A stretch of DNA of 64,000 bases, from the IMG/VR virus record IMGVR_UViG_3300028394_000069; one strand, given 5' to 3'. This DNA is from an uncultured virus (IMG/VR IMGVR_UViG_3300028394_000069). Its lineage: Duplodnaviria > Heunggongvirae > Uroviricota > Caudoviricetes. The number at the start of each line of letters is the position of its first letter. Position 1 is the first letter of the stretch. The position numbers and the translations under genes are program-made. The notes beneath the pieces were generated by a model, which had not been told where the DNA came from, ran no database searches, and worked only from the letters and a program-made list of their open reading frames with translations. Of the stretch, positions 10,336-19,733 are shown piece by piece.

Positions 10336-11088
10336 TTATACAGGAACAGCAGGGACATTGTATGCAGTCCCGTTGGAATCATAAAGTACAAGGAAACCTG
10401 TTGGAACAACGGTACCTGCTTGGAAAGCAGTATCAGTTGTAAGTTTACCTTGTACAAACGCATGACCTGCATTGTTTCGCTGTCTAAATTTAGCCCATCC
10501 ATCTGTAGTCGCGCTCAATCCTACGCCGACAGTATTAGCATTGTTTGTAACATAAAAAGCAGTAGGTCCTGCATCCCTTAAAACAACACTAGTTCCCCCA
10601 AAAGCAAGAGTGTTACCAGCTTGGATGGCTCCTTGAGTAGTGATTTGTCCGACGCAATTAATAGCCTTCGGTCTATTGCTCGACGCGCCGCCGATATCGT
10701 ATGTGTTATCCGGTCCAAAAAGAAAATTACCGCCTGCTGAAAGAGAACCTTTTAACGTAATTGCTGAAAATGTTGGACTATCAGTCGTTCCCAGTCCAAT
10801 ATTGGTTCGCGCAGCACTTAAACTGGCTAGATTCCCAAGATTATCAGCATTATTGAGTAATAGTCGTTCCGTATTAGTCGTGTCACGATAACGAATAGTA
10901 TTAGTACTACTATACATGTGTCCAGCAGCCGTGCCTGTCGTACTTGGTAGAGTTAGAGAAGTGCTTGCTGAGAGACTATCAAAAGTGACAGCATCTGACA
11001 CACCGATACCTAGTGCGGTACGTATTTGTAATTTTTCACTAGGTGAAGGTGATGTTCCGGTAGGTGCATTTCCGAGGTCGATTGGCAT
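10336..11088 (-). CDS. Tail/whisker fibre-like protein
   Basis: QIRTALGIG, AARTNIGLG and PDNTYDIG motifs typical of phage fibre proteins; G/T/S-rich. Confidence 0.6.
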   Translation of the reverse strand: MPIDLGNAPTGTSPSPSEKLQIRTALGIGVSDAVTFDSLSASTSLTLPSTTGTAAGHMYSSTNTIRYRDTTNTERLLLNNADNLGNLASLSAARTNIGLGTTDSPTFSAITLKGSLSAGGNFLFGPDNTYDIGGASSNRPKAINCVGQITTQGAIQAGNTLAFGGTSVVLRDAGPTAFYVTNNANTVGVGLSATTDGWAKFRQRNNAGHAFVQGKLTTDTAFQAGTVVPTGFLVLYDSNGTAYNVPAVPV

Positions 11089-11095
11089 AAAGTTA

Positions 11096-11323
11096 TTAGT
11101 TAAATTGAATTGGTGTACCGTTGTAGGTTAGCTCAGTACCATTGTATTGTATATAGGTAGTATAGTTATATTGAAGTAGTGTACCGTTGTAAGTTATATC
11201 AATACCATTGTATTGAATAGGTCCTCCAACACCTGCAGCAGCTCCACCACCGGTCGCTGGAGAAAAACCTCCACGGTAAACACCGATAGTATCCCAAGCA
11301 GGTATGGTAGGAATTGTTAGCAT
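11096..11323 (-). CDS. Small protein with YNG repeats
   Basis: Five or six IQYNG/TYNG repeats. Start abuts the stop of the upstream gene. Confidence 0.55.
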   Translation of the reverse strand: MLTIPTIPAWDTIGVYRGGFSPATGGGAAAGVGGPIQYNGIDITYNGTLLQYNYTTYIQYNGTELTYNGTPIQFN

Positions 11324-11646
11324 TAGCGTTGAGGTAGAAGGCTAAAATATTGTGTTCTAAAGTAAACAAGACCTGATCCAGAAGCTGTTTTTGCACTTAC
11401 TTGAGCAGAATTAGTAATACCTCTAATAACAATACTCTCGTTTGATTCTAAAAGAAGGCGATTAGAATCATTAAAAAATGAAGAATCATATATATAAATA
11501 GAAGCACCAGTCTTGTTGATAACAATAACTTCAGAGCAAGGATAACTACTGAGAGATACTAATGAAGTACCGACAGTTTGATTAAAAGATCTGCAATCGT
11601 TAATGTTATAAAAGGTAGACCCATTATTGGTTGAAGATATCGCCAT
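11323..11646 (-). CDS. Hypothetical beta-rich structural protein
   Basis: Has TATAAATA upstream on the minus strand. Confidence 0.6.
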   Translation of the reverse strand: MAISSTNNGSTFYNINDCRSFNQTVGTSLVSLSSYPCSEVIVINKTGASIYIYDSSFFNDSNRLLLESNESIVIRGITNSAQVSAKTASGSGLVYFRTQYFSLLPQR

Positions 11647-11697
11647 ATGTATTATTTATTTATAACACCATATATATTTTTCTACATGAAACCCAAA

Positions 11698-11725
11698 AAA
11701 AACTTCTACTTAAGTAGAAGTTTTT
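11698..11725. terminator. Intrinsic terminator ending the queF operon
   Basis: aaaaacttctact-ta-agtagaagttttt palindrome. Confidence 0.7.
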
Positions 11726-11749
11726 AATAATTTTTATTGTAGCTATATA

Positions 11750-12688
11750 CTACTGACGAGGTGTCTTAATATAAGCTACTGTAGTATCATTTAACGAAAA
11801 ATGCTGAAGCTTAGGTTCAGATGCACGTTCAGGACAAATATCAATACCCCCGCGGCGAGTATATAAACACCTTACTACTAACTCTGCAGGCTTAAGTAGA
11901 TTCCAAAGTCTTGTATAGATAGTCTCACAAATCTCTTCATGAAAGTGACATTCATCTCTAAAAGAGATAATATACTTCAACATAGAAGCAGGTTCAATAG
12001 TCTTTGAGCCTTTAATATGAATAAAGACATCACCGAAGTCAGGTTGACTAGTAACACGGCAGTTTGACTTCAACAAAGAACTATGATATAAAGTAATCTC
12101 TTTCTCTGAATCAATAACTTCTAAGAGTTCAGGAGATTCTGAATATTTACTAATTTCAAGTTCATCAAAAGGATAATCATCTTCTAAGGTAATAAACTCT
12201 TCAATAACCGGACTTGTATTATTAAAAGCAAACCACTCTTGATGAGCAGTAGTAGTATCATCAAGAACTTCTCTATTCGAAAATACCTTTACCTTAACAT
12301 CAGTTTCAAGCAATCTAGATAAATCTCGTGTAGCTATTTCTTGAATAGTCTTTCTAACTTCATCACTAGACTCACCTAACTTAGTCATATTAAAAGAGTT
12401 AAAATATAGCTTAAGAGATTTAGACTCAACGATATATTTATTCGTACAAGAGTAAACGATTTTAGCAATACCAGCTACCGGTACACCACTATTAGTTAGA
12501 CCAGATACTTCATAAGCATTCCAAGTATCAGTACCAGTAAAGGGTAGATCATCGTCTTGAATATTCAGATGAGTACGATTAGCCTGTCTCGGTTCACGTA
12601 CGATTAAAGAGGAATCGTAGATAGACTTATAAGATGAAGTCTGACCAAGATGCCGTGAGATATTAGAGTTATCCAATTTTGATGTCAT
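11750..12688 (-). CDS. queF: NADPH-dependent preQ0 reductase QueF (bimodular type)
   Basis: D.W.AYEVS, VESKSLKLYFNSFN, LLKSNCRVTSQPD.G, FHEE..E.I and YTRRGGIDI.P.R motifs. Confidence 0.93.
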   Translation of the reverse strand: MTSKLDNSNISRHLGQTSSYKSIYDSSLIVREPRQANRTHLNIQDDDLPFTGTDTWNAYEVSGLTNSGVPVAGIAKIVYSCTNKYIVESKSLKLYFNSFNMTKLGESSDEVRKTIQEIATRDLSRLLETDVKVKVFSNREVLDDTTTAHQEWFAFNNTSPVIEEFITLEDDYPFDELEISKYSESPELLEVIDSEKEITLYHSSLLKSNCRVTSQPDFGDVFIHIKGSKTIEPASMLKYIISFRDECHFHEEICETIYTRLWNLLKPAELVVRCLYTRRGGIDICPERASEPKLQHFSLNDTTVAYIKTPRQ

Positions 12689-12690
12689 AG

Positions 12691-13269
12691 TTATATTGTA
12701 ATGTGAATGTTATGTTTTGCAAGTGTTTCTTTAATAGTATTAAGTCTTTGTTGAATTGATCCTTCAAGTATGACTACATTTTTTAGATCTTTAATATGCT
12801 CTTCAAAAGCTTTAATAATATCATCTCTAAATTGCTTATCGATACTTCGTTCCCCATCATCTTCAAGTTCAATATCTTTAGGAGAAGTATAAAAAATGAT
12901 ATCATACTTATCGTGAATCAAATCGTATATATGACTTACTGATCGATACGTTTGTTCAGTAACTTGATTGTTATCCCAAAGCCACTTAGTATAAATTAAC
13001 CCATCTATAATACACCTATCAAGAATTGTAACATTATTTTGATGCTCGGGTAGTAAGCAGTTAACTAAATGCTCATTAGCAATTAATAGCTGAGTTAAAT
13101 CTGTTCCCTCTTCATTAATAGGTAAATTATATTTACGCTTAACAAGTCGAGTAATTTCTGAGATAAAGGTTATCGGAGGATAATAATAATTATCTATATC
13201 CTTAGTTCGTAAATAATTGAGAAGAGTACTTTTTCCCGAACTTTGTGATCCACTAAAAGAGATTAACAT
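12691..13269 (-). CDS. P-loop nucleotide monophosphate kinase-like protein
   Basis: SGSQSSGKST Walker A, LDRC..D and DDGER motifs. Confidence 0.75.
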   Translation of the reverse strand: MLISFSGSQSSGKSTLLNYLRTKDIDNYYYPPITFISEITRLVKRKYNLPINEEGTDLTQLLIANEHLVNCLLPEHQNNVTILDRCIIDGLIYTKWLWDNNQVTEQTYRSVSHIYDLIHDKYDIIFYTSPKDIELEDDGERSIDKQFRDDIIKAFEEHIKDLKNVVILEGSIQQRLNTIKETLAKHNIHITI

Positions 13270-13273
13270 AATA

Positions 13274-13855
13274 TTATAATATAGTATTGATTGCTTTTTT
13301 CCACGCGTTAAAAGAAGTATCAGTCAGTACTTTATATGTTTCATCTAATGAAGTACATCTATCACTACTTGCAGTATCAGAGCTAATAATATTACCAGCA
13401 TCTACTTCAGCTACAACTCTATGCACTACACTACCTACAACAGGATACTTATCAATACTATCCCATGCGCGCTGTTGAGGGTCTTTTCCGCGTAATTCTG
13501 GAAACACATTAATAAGACCTGGATGACCATTATAGATTTCAAAAGCTTCACAAATCTCTGCAGGTATAACATTAAGCCAGCCATGAAGGGTTATCCGAGT
13601 TTGATTAGATTGCCTGATACCAAATAAATCAGAAAGTACTTTAATATTTTTACTATCCGATTTACTAATTAACTGTACAAGTTTTAGTTTTTTAAGAGAT
13701 TGCATCATCGGATGCCATGACTCAATGTCTTGATTATTAGTTATAATTAGATCAGGATATCTATTAATATGAGTACTTATCTTAACAATTTCAGTTCCAG
13801 ACATTGAGTAGAGAGCCACCCACTTTTTCTTTTTTAAGTCGTTATTATCAATCAT
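13274..13855 (-). CDS. Formyltransferase (PurN/GART fold), probable preQ1 formyltransferase
   Basis: LHGWL, YNGHPGLI, G.VVH.V..EVDAG motifs. Lies between the TGT-like gene and queF. Confidence 0.85.
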   Translation of the reverse strand: MIDNNDLKKKKWVALYSMSGTEIVKISTHINRYPDLIITNNQDIESWHPMMQSLKKLKLVQLISKSDSKNIKVLSDLFGIRQSNQTRITLHGWLNVIPAEICEAFEIYNGHPGLINVFPELRGKDPQQRAWDSIDKYPVVGSVVHRVVAEVDAGNIISSDTASSDRCTSLDETYKVLTDTSFNAWKKAINTIL

Positions 13856-14654
13856 TACAAATAGAACGGAAACATTTAATATTAAAGAGAATATCAGATA
13901 AATTAGTCTCATTGAACGGAGTATCAATTAAATCGACTAATTTAATGGAGCTTTTATAACGTAGACCGATACCTTTGATATATCGTTGCTCGAGTAATCC
14001 TGCCATTACAGGGTTAGAAGTATCACATGATCTAATACTTGTATCATCTTTATACTTAGCAAATTCTGAAACAATAGAAGCACCAAGCAGGTGATGAGGT
14101 TTTTTATAATTCCAAATACCATCTCGCTTAAGCATATCAATAAAAGTTTGTCGGCCAGAACTTTGTCGTTGAAATTTAGCTTGATAATCTTGTGTATTAG
14201 TACCATACTTAAGACCAATAAATTGATAAAAAGAATAGTCAAAAGAAATAGCAATATAATCTGCATTACTACTCATAAAGGTATAGCAATTAACTAATTC
14301 TTCATAAGTTTTACCTTGAACAACTCCAATCTTTAATCCTGGCAAGTCATAATTTATGTTAAAATTAATATAAGATTCAATTGTTGCAGCTGCATCCTCA
14401 AGTACATCAGGTACAACATAAAACGTAGGTTTAAGATCGTTAACATACTTTGCAAACTTAGAAGCGTCAAAAGCAGTACCTAATTCAAAAATAGAGTTAT
14501 CAAGTAATACTTCTCGTCCAGCAGCAACAGCATGTTTAAAAAACTTATAATATTCTGGATGCGTTTCAAATAGATGTACTAGAGCATAATCATAATCTGT
14601 AACTTGTTGAACATCTTCTAAAATAGAGATAGGAGCTTCGTGTGCAATTAACAT
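13848..14654 (-). CDS. TGT/DpdA-like 7-deazaguanine transglycosylase-fold protein
   Basis: LLDNSIFE, VPDV, GVVQG, HHLLG and SCDTS TIM-barrel motifs; first gene of the queF operon. Confidence 0.75.
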   Translation of the reverse strand: MLIAHEAPISILEDVQQVTDYDYALVHLFETHPEYYKFFKHAVAAGREVLLDNSIFELGTAFDASKFAKYVNDLKPTFYVVPDVLEDAAATIESYINFNINYDLPGLKIGVVQGKTYEELVNCYTFMSSNADYIAISFDYSFYQFIGLKYGTNTQDYQAKFQRQSSGRQTFIDMLKRDGIWNYKKPHHLLGASIVSEFAKYKDDTSIRSCDTSNPVMAGLLEQRYIKGIGLRYKSSIKLVDLIDTPFNETNLSDILFNIKCFRSICND

Positions 14655-14668
14655 AATATTATTATATG

Positions 14669-15179
14669 ATAGTTCGTTTTAGATTCAATGACTAAATATT
14701 TTTTATAATTTATATGACAAATAGTAACATAACACAATTTGATGCTCTAACTTATCTACTATTAGATAAAGTTGAAGGTATGAATACGTATTGGGAAGAT
14801 GGTGACTTAAAAGTAACTATTAAAGAAGTTATAAAGTTTTTGACAGATAATAAAATACCTGTCAAAAGTGTAAGTTTAGAAAAGATAAAGCCTATTATAA
14901 TAAAGCAGTCTTATAAAACTAAAAATAAAAATAGAGTTAAAAATGCGAGCTTAGAGCATCCTATAATAGTTATAAAAAGTAACGGTAAATATAAATCAAT
15001 CTTAGATGGAAATCATAGAGCGTTTAAAGCAATAGAGTCTGACGCAAAGAATATTAAAGTACAAGAAATAGATCTTAACTCTTCTGCAACACCGAAAGAA
15101 TATAAAGAATTATTTGATTATAAAATAACGCCGCTGTATCCATAATATAGTTCGTTTTAGATTCAATGATTAAATATTT
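14669..15179. repeat. 33-bp direct repeat (14669-14701 and 15147-15179) flanking the ParB-like gene
   Basis: atagttcgttttagattcaatga(c/t)taaatattt, one mismatch. Confidence 0.9.
14714..15145 (+). CDS. ParB/Srx N-terminal-like domain protein
   Basis: HPIIV....ILDGNHR..KA motif. Confidence 0.7.
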   Translation: MTNSNITQFDALTYLLLDKVEGMNTYWEDGDLKVTIKEVIKFLTDNKIPVKSVSLEKIKPIIIKQSYKTKNKNRVKNASLEHPIIVIKSNGKYKSILDGNHRAFKAIESDAKNIKVQEIDLNSSATPKEYKELFDYKITPLYP

Positions 15180-15181
15180 CT

Positions 15182-15766
15182 ATGGCGTCTGTCACACAAA
15201 TAGGAGGATTAATTACAGGTACAGCTGGTAAAGTAGAATCCATATCCGGAGCAATAGGAGGTATTTTATGTTTACCTCAATTAGTAATGGAAGAGCTCGT
15301 AGCTATCGTAAAACAGTCTATATCAATATTATTAGCAGCTCCATTAGCTATGGCTAATGCTTTACTTGGTATTGTTAATGACACTATTAACGCTGTAGTT
15401 AATAGTGTAATAGGAGCTCTTAACAACTTAATAGCCTCAATACAAGGTATTATTGATAGTGTTATTCAGAGTATACAAAATATAAAAGATTTTGTAAACC
15501 GTATTAAGAATAATTTATTTAATAAAGATAATTGTAATTTTAATGCAGCAAGCCTTTTAAAATGTATTACAGCTAATGTGGTTAATAATATTAAAAAATC
15601 TGATATCTCAAAAATAAATGATGGAATTATTACTATAACTAATAAAGCTCAAGAAATATCAAATAAATTAGTAGAACCTGGTAACGTGTTAACGAGTTAT
15701 TTGAATAAAACTTCAAGTAGCTTAAATAGAGCAACAAATACTATTAATACTTTAAATCGTATTTAA
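15182..15766 (+). CDS. Hypothetical helical baseplate-region protein
   Basis: Long ORF co-oriented with the gp5-like genes. Confidence 0.55.
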   Translation: MASVTQIGGLITGTAGKVESISGAIGGILCLPQLVMEELVAIVKQSISILLAAPLAMANALLGIVNDTINAVVNSVIGALNNLIASIQGIIDSVIQSIQNIKDFVNRIKNNLFNKDNCNFNAASLLKCITANVVNNIKKSDISKINDGIITITNKAQEISNKLVEPGNVLTSYLNKTSSSLNRATNTINTLNRI

Positions 15767-15770
15767 ATAT

Positions 15771-16442
15771 ATGGAAAGACTTTTTGGATTATATAAAGGT
15801 GTTGTTATACTTGATAGTGATGTAAGCTCTCCTGTTAACTATAATGCACAAGGTCGTGTAAAAGTTAAAATTGAAGGTGTAACCTATGTAGATAATAGTA
15901 ATGAAAGTTACAGATTTCCAAGAGGTAGTAATATTGTCGGAGGAATATCCAGACCAAACTTAGAATTAATAGATATATATGAAACCTGGGCATATGTAAG
16001 TATGGCTGTTTTAGGCGAAAGTTCAATGGGTAAGTATAATGCTGCTCGTGATCGAGCAAGTATAACAGATTCATCTGATATATCTGTATTCGGAAATAGC
16101 ACAGATAGTGGAGCTCCCCCTGGCGCGCAGTTTGGTATACATGCTATTTCTGATGGATACGCTGGTGCTCCAAACGTTATCGGCACTAGTGGAGTAAATA
16201 CATATAGTCGAGCATACTTTTGTGATAATAGATCTAATTTATCAAAAGGTATGTTTGCAATTCCTACTGTTGGCACTCATGTTATTATTCAATTTTTATA
16301 CGGCAATAGAAGCTACCCTATTATTACAGGTGTTCTTCAATCAGCTGATGATATAAATCGTATGTATAGTGTTGATAATAATATTAGACCAAGTTATCCT
16401 GGTCCATTTAGTACCAACGAGGAATCACCACCAGCAGTTTAA
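15771..16442 (+). CDS. gp5/VgrG N-terminal OB-fold-like baseplate hub protein
   Basis: GLYKGVV...GRVKVKI and IPTVGTHV...F..GN...PII.G motifs. Confidence 0.75.
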   Translation: MERLFGLYKGVVILDSDVSSPVNYNAQGRVKVKIEGVTYVDNSNESYRFPRGSNIVGGISRPNLELIDIYETWAYVSMAVLGESSMGKYNAARDRASITDSSDISVFGNSTDSGAPPGAQFGIHAISDGYAGAPNVIGTSGVNTYSRAYFCDNRSNLSKGMFAIPTVGTHVIIQFLYGNRSYPIITGVLQSADDINRMYSVDNNIRPSYPGPFSTNEESPPAV

Positions 16443-16448
16443 ATTTAT

Positions 16449-17780
16449 ATGTCAATTTCATTAATACCTGTTTTAAATCCAAATGAGTTAAATATGTATC
16501 GTAATGAAGCGGTGTGGAATCATAGCGCTGGTACGATTACCTTTAATAATACAACTGGTGCAGAGAGTGTAAGTTTAGCACATAGAGGTGGTGCGAGTCT
16601 GGTATTTGGTAATCAAGTTACAACTGAATTCAATCCAAACAATAGACAAGTTCTCACTCAAGGTGATAACTTTACAACCATTAAAGGTAATAACTACACT
16701 TTAACTTATACGAACAAAGAAGATAGAACATTTGGAGACCACCACTTTATAACAGGCTCTCCGCAATTTTTAAATAATATTATTGCTTCTAGATATATAG
16801 AAGTACAGGCAGAAATTGCAGCTATGCAAAGTATACCTGAAAATGGTAAACCAGGTACTGGTAATAATTCAGGTGCAGAATTAGCTGGCAGCCCTGATGA
16901 CGTTCAAAATTTATTAAAAGAAAAAGAAGAAGAATTAACTCAAATAGCTCAAAGTATGGGCGAGGGAGGTAATCTTCATTTTCTATCATGTAAACATATT
17001 AATATAGTGGCAGGCACTAGCCCTGCAAATTTTGACTCCGGTAACTTGCAAAAAGATGCAAGAAAGGTAAAAAAGGGTTCAACTTATACAGGAACTGGTT
17101 ATACCGGCGTTATAACTGATGAACCGGCACTTGTTCCTCAATTTAATGAAGTTAATACAGCATCTACTATTCCCTTCGGTGATGTAACAATTAATGCATC
17201 GACAAAAATAAATCTTCAAGCAGGAGCTGGAGGTATCGATATTAAATCTGCTGGTTCAATGAAGTTCGCCGGGACAGGCATGACAGTTGTAGGTGGTTCG
17301 CAGGTCATGGTGACTTCACCTGGCTCCGTTTATGTAACTTCTAAGTATACGGAATTAAAAAGCGACGACAATGTTAATATTGTTGCTCAGCAAACAAACA
17401 TAGATTCTAAACTTACTGTTGAACAAGATACAGTAATGAAGGGTAAATTAGTTGTTGCTAAAGATTCAACAGTTTTAGGTAACTCTTATGTTAAAGGAAG
17501 TATATCTGTCGGAACTGATGCCAGTGTTGCTGGAGATTCAACAGTTTTAGGCAACTCGTATGTTAAAGGAAGTATAACTGCCGGAACTTATGTCAAGACT
17601 ACCGCTACATTATTCGAGTTACTACCTGCAGCGTTAACGGTAGGGAACGGAGCGCGCGCCTATATTACTAATTCTACGCTTGCTTATACTGGAATTAATA
17701 TCGGCAAACCTGCATTTGGTGGAGGATCAAATCACGTACCAGTGATTGTATTGAATAATATGTGGGTTATTGGAGGTTAA
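16449..17780 (+). CDS. gp5 C-terminal beta-helix spike-like protein
   Basis: E.V.L.H..G motif and periodic V.G/I.G beta-helix repeats. Follows the OB-fold gene. Confidence 0.65.
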   Translation: MSISLIPVLNPNELNMYRNEAVWNHSAGTITFNNTTGAESVSLAHRGGASLVFGNQVTTEFNPNNRQVLTQGDNFTTIKGNNYTLTYTNKEDRTFGDHHFITGSPQFLNNIIASRYIEVQAEIAAMQSIPENGKPGTGNNSGAELAGSPDDVQNLLKEKEEELTQIAQSMGEGGNLHFLSCKHINIVAGTSPANFDSGNLQKDARKVKKGSTYTGTGYTGVITDEPALVPQFNEVNTASTIPFGDVTINASTKINLQAGAGGIDIKSAGSMKFAGTGMTVVGGSQVMVTSPGSVYVTSKYTELKSDDNVNIVAQQTNIDSKLTVEQDTVMKGKLVVAKDSTVLGNSYVKGSISVGTDASVAGDSTVLGNSYVKGSITAGTYVKTTATLFELLPAALTVGNGARAYITNSTLAYTGINIGKPAFGGGSNHVPVIVLNNMWVIGG

Positions 17781-17784
17781 CTAT

Positions 17785-17821
17785 AAAAAAACCCTCGACA
17801 ATAATAATATTATCGAGGGTT
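17785..17821. terminator. Terminator between convergent spike and nrdA genes
   Basis: aaccctcga...tcgagggtt stem with an A-tract. Confidence 0.7.
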
Positions 17822-17836
17822 AGTTATGTGTTTCTA

Positions 17837-18838
17837 CTATGATTCACATGAAGAACAATTCAGAATAGATCGAGCTAACTCTTGAGCAGGATTAGCAGAC
17901 CGCTGATAGTAAAGAGACTTAATACCCATCTCGTGAGCAAATAACATAAGCTCATTTACATCTTTAGCTTTTGTAGAAGGAGGAATCATTAAGTTCAACG
18001 ATTGTCCTTGATCGATATATTTCTGTCTCTGAGCAGCTTGAATGATAATCTCTTTTTGAGTTATCTCACTAAAGGTCTTAAAGACGTTTTTTTCATGCTG
18101 AGTTAAGAACTCAAGATGCTGCACACTACCACCTCTAGATAGAATACTCATCCATACATCAGTAGTATCTTTATCTTTTGATTTGAGTAATTTAGCTAAG
18201 TGTGGAGAGCGGAAAGTAAACTTACCTTTAGCTAAGTCTTTTACAAAGTAATTACTATTTAGAGGTTCAATAGAAGGTGAAACTTGACCTAAAATAAATG
18301 AACTAGACGTCGTTGGAGCTACGGCCATTGTAGTTGTATTACGTCTACCATAGCCCTTTAGCAGAGCGGGTTCTCCAAAGAGAGACGCTAAGCTCTCAGT
18401 AGCTCTATCACATTCAGATCTAATAGTAGAGAAGATCTGAACGTTCTCAAGTTTAGCAGCCATAGATTCAAACTCAATATCTTTACTCTGTAAATACGAA
18501 TGCCAGCCAAGAACTCCTAAACCTAATGCTCGTTGATTGACTGCAAATTTATGAGGAGCTTCCATGAACAAGACATCTTTAGTCTTATTAATAAACTCAG
18601 TCATTACTGCATCGAGGAAGTAGATAAGAGTTTGAACCGCGTCAGTTTCTTTAATCTCATCCCATTTCTCAAGATTAATAGAAGATAAATCACATACAAA
18701 GGATTCATCAGCAGAGTTACTTAGGAAGATTTCACTACAGTTATGAACTAGAATTTTATTAGCGAAAAAATTTGCTACTTTAGATACAGTAATATCATAA
18801 ACCGGCTCTACTTTTTTATATCTCTTTATTTTTATCAT
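17837..18838 (-). CDS. nrdA: NrdA C-terminal half fused to a 33-aa C-intein
   Basis: MIKIK...VYDITV...NFFAN.ILVHN|CSEI, then CDLSSIN, AVAPTTSSS, DQGQSLNL and KSLYY. Confidence 0.93.
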   Translation of the reverse strand: MIKIKRYKKVEPVYDITVSKVANFFANKILVHNCSEIFLSNSADESFVCDLSSINLEKWDEIKETDAVQTLIYFLDAVMTEFINKTKDVLFMEAPHKFAVNQRALGLGVLGWHSYLQSKDIEFESMAAKLENVQIFSTIRSECDRATESLASLFGEPALLKGYGRRNTTTMAVAPTTSSSFILGQVSPSIEPLNSNYFVKDLAKGKFTFRSPHLAKLLKSKDKDTTDVWMSILSRGGSVQHLEFLTQHEKNVFKTFSEITQKEIIIQAAQRQKYIDQGQSLNLMIPPSTKAKDVNELMLFAHEMGIKSLYYQRSANPAQELARSILNCSSCES

Positions 18839-18860
18839 ATAATTTTTTATCTGTTTAGTA

Positions 18861-19676
18861 TTATTTATTTGGTAGTTGTTCTTCAACGGCTGCATAAAAC
18901 CCTCGCTTACCTAAGCCATTGAATCTACACTTAGCGAGACCCTTTAACCACCTAAAATTTCTAAGTTCTGCAAGTTTAATTATACTTGGCCATGTTGGTA
19001 TATATCCAAACTCAATATATAATTCTATACCCCTTTTAATAAAATAATCATCTGTTAATCCAGAGTAATTATTGTTTTTATTACCTGATCCCATTTTGCT
19101 TCTCATTTGTTTTTCTACATTAGATATTTTTCGACCCTTTGTGTGGTGTACCCATTGACCTGAGAGAACATTAGGATGTGTTGTAGGTACAGATCCTATT
19201 ATAGTATTAGTATGAATATCCTTAACAACAATTGTACCTTTCCTTGCTGCTGAAATGCGATTCCTACCTTCTGAAGTCTGCCAGCCTTCTGTTTTTCTTA
19301 AATATGTTGAATGTGATTTTAACCACGCGTAACCCATTCTTATTTTTTTGTTTAAAATAAACTTAAACTTACCTTTTACATTATTACCGTTATTATAACC
19401 ATTCAATGTAAATCTTACTGCGAGCATATCTTCTCGTTTTCTGTATATTTTATACCTTAACATGTGTAAGAAAATATGCTCCTCAGGAAGTACAGCAACG
19501 AGATTGTATAGCTCATCTATACCGCCTAACGATCTAGGAATTATATGATGAACTTCTTGATATATTGCAGTCTTCATTAGTCTCTGATCATTAGGATTGC
19601 GTATAGTTAACCTTTCTCTAGGTGTAGATTTCTGTATATAAGTAATAAAGTTATCGTGTATTTGTTTATAATTCAT
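18861..19676 (-). CDS. HNH homing endonuclease between the nrdA halves
   Basis: EVHHIIPRSLGG.D...NLV....EEH...H motif with a NUMOD-like C-terminus. Confidence 0.88.
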   Translation of the reverse strand: MNYKQIHDNFITYIQKSTPRERLTIRNPNDQRLMKTAIYQEVHHIIPRSLGGIDELYNLVAVLPEEHIFLHMLRYKIYRKREDMLAVRFTLNGYNNGNNVKGKFKFILNKKIRMGYAWLKSHSTYLRKTEGWQTSEGRNRISAARKGTIVVKDIHTNTIIGSVPTTHPNVLSGQWVHHTKGRKISNVEKQMRSKMGSGNKNNNYSGLTDDYFIKRGIELYIEFGYIPTWPSIIKLAELRNFRWLKGLAKCRFNGLGKRGFYAAVEEQLPNK

Positions 19677-19733
19677 AATATATCTGTGCAGAAAACATTA
19701 CTGCACAGATATATTTAGTCTACACGATACATA

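Noticed and set aside
18839..19733. Group I intron interrupting nrdA (likewise radA)
   Set aside because: No intron core motifs and almost no non-coding space; the intein motifs explain both splits.
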